Below are positions 61,991-64,000 of a stretch of DNA of 64,000 nucleotides, piece by piece. The first letter of the stretch is position 1; every line of letters begins with the position of its first letter. The position numbers and the translations under genes were made by a program. The DNA comes from Thermotogaceae bacterium (GTDB taxonomy: Bacteria > Thermotogota > Thermotogae > B21-G9 > HyVt-16): the NCBI GenBank assembly GCA_029981435.1, contig JARRBB010000004.1:166-64165 (forward strand), given 5' to 3'. Under the pieces are notes generated by a model. The model saw nothing but the letters and a program-made list of their open reading frames with translations. It was not told the origin of the DNA and did no database searches.

Positions 61991-63649
61991 ATGCCTTTCG
62001 ATGGATTGACACTTAAAAAGTTAATGAAACACTTTGAGGATCTGAATGATACAACTTTAAAGCAAATATATCAGCCCCGAAAAAACGAATATTACTTTCA
62101 ATTCGGTGATTTCTTTCTTCGAGTTTCATTGAAGCCCGAGTTTTCTTTTGTCTCGTTATCACAAAAATTCTGGGATGATCTGCCGTATCCATCCAATTTC
62201 GTTATGCTTATGAGAAGCCTGATAAAGAGCGCCCGTGTAGTCGGTATTTCGCAATTGGACTTTGATCGGGTTCTTTTAATAGATTTTAGAAAATTGAAAG
62301 AGTCCGGTCAGGTGAGAAAATTCAGACTAGTCATCGAGCTTATGGGAAAATTTTCAAATATGATACTGGTTGATCTCGATTCAGAAAAGATTGTGGATGC
62401 TCATAAACGTATAAGTACGAGATTTAGAGATATACAACCTGGCAAAAGATTTGAATTTTACCTCAGCAACCAGAAAAATCCTTTTGAACTAAAAGTAGAA
62501 GATCTGAACTTTAAAACTTCCGATGTTAAAAAGGAACTCCTGAAAGTTGTACAAGGATTTTCACCCTTGTTGATAGATGAAGTGATTTACCGGACAGGCA
62601 AAGAAAACAAAATACTTGAAAAGATAAAAGAAGTAGCTTTAGAAGTCATCGAAGATAGTGGACTGTATCTGTACTCGTCTGAAAAACTGGAAGACGTTGT
62701 TGGAACACGACTTCATTCTTTTAAAGATGAAAGACCCGAATATTTTACAAATCCATTTGAAGCCCTTGAAAAGTTCTCAGAGATGCTCAATAAACGCGAT
62801 CAATTCAAAAGTAAAATCGGCAATCTGATAGAAGTTGTAAAGTCCAGAAAAGAAAAGCTCGAAAGAACCTTGAACGCTTTGAAAGAACAGATGGATAGAT
62901 ATCAAAAATATGATGAATACAAAAGAATAGGAGATTTAATAATGACGAATCTCCACACGCTAAAACAAAACGAAGAACGCAGCAAAGTAAGTCTATATGA
63001 TTGGAAAAAAAATGAAACTGTTGATGTAAAGATAAACCCTACCAGATCCCTTCTTGAAAATGCCCGGGATTACTTTGAAAAGTACAAAAAATACAGCGAA
63101 AAATTCAAAGGTTCCAAAGCTCGATTTGAAAGTCTAAAACAAGAACTTGATTATCTGGAACATATTCAGTATTATCTGACCAGCGCTGAATCACTTGATG
63201 ATATTGAAGAAATACGCGAAGAATTGATAAACGTAGGACTCATAAAGCAAAAAAAAGATAAGAACAAATCCAAAAAGCCCTCTTCTGATGGAAAATATAA
63301 AATTTACGAATACAATGGTTTCAAAATTCTGGTTGGAAAAAACAACAAGCAGAACGATGAATTAACTTTCAAAGTGGCTAATAAAAATGATCTGTGGTTC
63401 CATGCCAAAGACATCCCTGGAAGTCATGTGATATTGAAAATCAATGATGAAGAGCCAACAGAAGAAGTGATGCGTTATGCTGCCATTCTTGCAGCTAAAC
63501 ATTCTAAAGGCTCTCAGTCTTCAAAAGTGGCTGTTGACTACACACAGGTTAAGAATGTCTGGAAGCCTAAAGGTGCAAAACCTGGATTTGTTCTCTATAA
63601 GAACTACAAAACCATTTTCGTTAATCCTCAGGATTTAGAAAAGATCTAA
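61991..63649 (+). CDS. rqcH: RqcH/FbpA-family (NFACT) ribosome quality control protein.
   Basis: N-terminal NFACT-N, a coiled-coil middle region and a C-terminal NFACT-R/DUF814 (FHAKDIPGSHVILK). 552 aa. Confidence 0.8.
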   Translation: MPFDGLTLKKLMKHFEDLNDTTLKQIYQPRKNEYYFQFGDFFLRVSLKPEFSFVSLSQKFWDDLPYPSNFVMLMRSLIKSARVVGISQLDFDRVLLIDFRKLKESGQVRKFRLVIELMGKFSNMILVDLDSEKIVDAHKRISTRFRDIQPGKRFEFYLSNQKNPFELKVEDLNFKTSDVKKELLKVVQGFSPLLIDEVIYRTGKENKILEKIKEVALEVIEDSGLYLYSSEKLEDVVGTRLHSFKDERPEYFTNPFEALEKFSEMLNKRDQFKSKIGNLIEVVKSRKEKLERTLNALKEQMDRYQKYDEYKRIGDLIMTNLHTLKQNEERSKVSLYDWKKNETVDVKINPTRSLLENARDYFEKYKKYSEKFKGSKARFESLKQELDYLEHIQYYLTSAESLDDIEEIREELINVGLIKQKKDKNKSKKPSSDGKYKIYEYNGFKILVGKNNKQNDELTFKVANKNDLWFHAKDIPGSHVILKINDEEPTEEVMRYAAILAAKHSKGSQSSKVAVDYTQVKNVWKPKGAKPGFVLYKNYKTIFVNPQDLEKI

Positions 63650-64000
63650 TATACTCGGATTGATTTGAAAATAGGGATAAAACCTGTCTTTCTCATATTT
63701 GATTCCAAATTCAGTGGCAAGTTCCACATAATACTGAATAGAAAAATTAGTCTTGAATCCTATTTTAAAAACAGGTTCAGGTTTCCCGCTGGAAAACTTC
63801 AAGCCATTTGATGCTATCAAATCAACTGAACCTATAGAATACCTACCATCCAATGTGCCTCTGTCTATTATCCATAAGGGTGTCTGTGCATTTACACTTA
63901 AAGAAACAGAATCTTTATTCAAAATCATCTGGAAATTCCATAATGTTTTCAAGGCAACAAAAGAATTCATCAACCCAATGTTCCAGTTTTCTATTTTCAT
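63635..64000 (-). CDS. Hypothetical protein, beta-rich (possible outer-membrane / toga beta-barrel). Only the C-terminal 121-plus aa are in the window.
   Basis: An alternating hydrophobic pattern ends in an aromatic-rich C-terminus (YPYFQINPSILDLF). The N-terminus likely lies beyond position 64000. Confidence 0.3.
   Translation of the reverse strand: MKIENWNIGLMNSFVALKTLWNFQMILNKDSVSLSVNAQTPLWIIDRGTLDGRYSIGSVDLIASNGLKFSSGKPEPVFKIGFKTNFSIQYYVELATEFGIKYEKDRFYPYFQINPSILDLF

Overview
Low-GC, K/E/I-rich chromosomal segment that looks Thermotogae-like (inferred from composition and gene content; no search was run). Coding is dense and mostly housekeeping, interleaved with several metabolic and transport islands. 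No CRISPR array, transposase, integrase or prophage-like block was seen.

Layout from left to right:
- 1-2934, minus strand: a partial AgaS/GlmS-like SIS isomerase, a DeoR regulator and a Gfo/Idh/MocA oxidoreductase. This looks like a sugar catabolic operon.
- 3090-3258, minus strand: tRNA-Leu(CAG) and tRNA-Gly(CCC).
- 3397-8376, plus strand: enolase, an alpha/beta hydrolase, an inositol monophosphatase, thymidine kinase, ComF, a small DUF4258-like protein and a YkuK/DUF458-like ORF. The YkuK-like ORF has no canonical start codon.
- 8383-16081, minus strand: a carbohydrate-utilisation locus. It has a GntR/HutC regulator, a ROK kinase, a UPF0309 SIS protein, a GH42-like hydrolase and a sugar ABC transporter.
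- 16187-23261, plus strand: a DUF721 gene, gyrB, an FtsQ-like gene, ftsA, ftsZ and a PilB/GspE ATPase.
- 24581-29914, plus strand: a complete-looking oxidative ornithine (Stickland) degradation cluster, ord-ortA-ortB-oraS-oraE. It includes the B12/PLP-dependent D-ornithine 4,5-aminomutase.
- 29932-36050: a GT-A glycosyltransferase, tRNA-Thr(GGU), a glutaredoxin, an M28 peptidase and metNIQ. The metNIQ leader is structured and carries a terminator/antiterminator.
- 36307-45787, one long minus-strand operon: folP, hisS, zupT, gcvPB, gcvPA and gcvH, without gcvT. A DUF362 Fe-S protein, a small radical-SAM protein and ychF sit directly upstream. The ychF start position carries ACG where ATG is expected.
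- 45980-52657, plus strand: a MacAB/HlyD efflux system with two TolC-like genes, and an MFS transporter.
- 52658-53152: a roughly 495-nt non-coding gap before gatA and gatB. There is no gatC here.
- 56062-63649, plus strand: a tightly overlapping seven-gene operon. It contains RlmI, a radical-SAM/HhH protein with an atypical Cx5Cx2C motif, PlsC, a DUF151 nuclease, a degenerate CN-hydrolase-like protein, Nfo and RqcH.

The most interesting candidates are the rSAM + DUF362 pair upstream of gcvH (a possible non-canonical lipoylation or H-protein maturation module), the ornithine aminomutase cluster, the met leader, and the two genes that lack canonical start codons.
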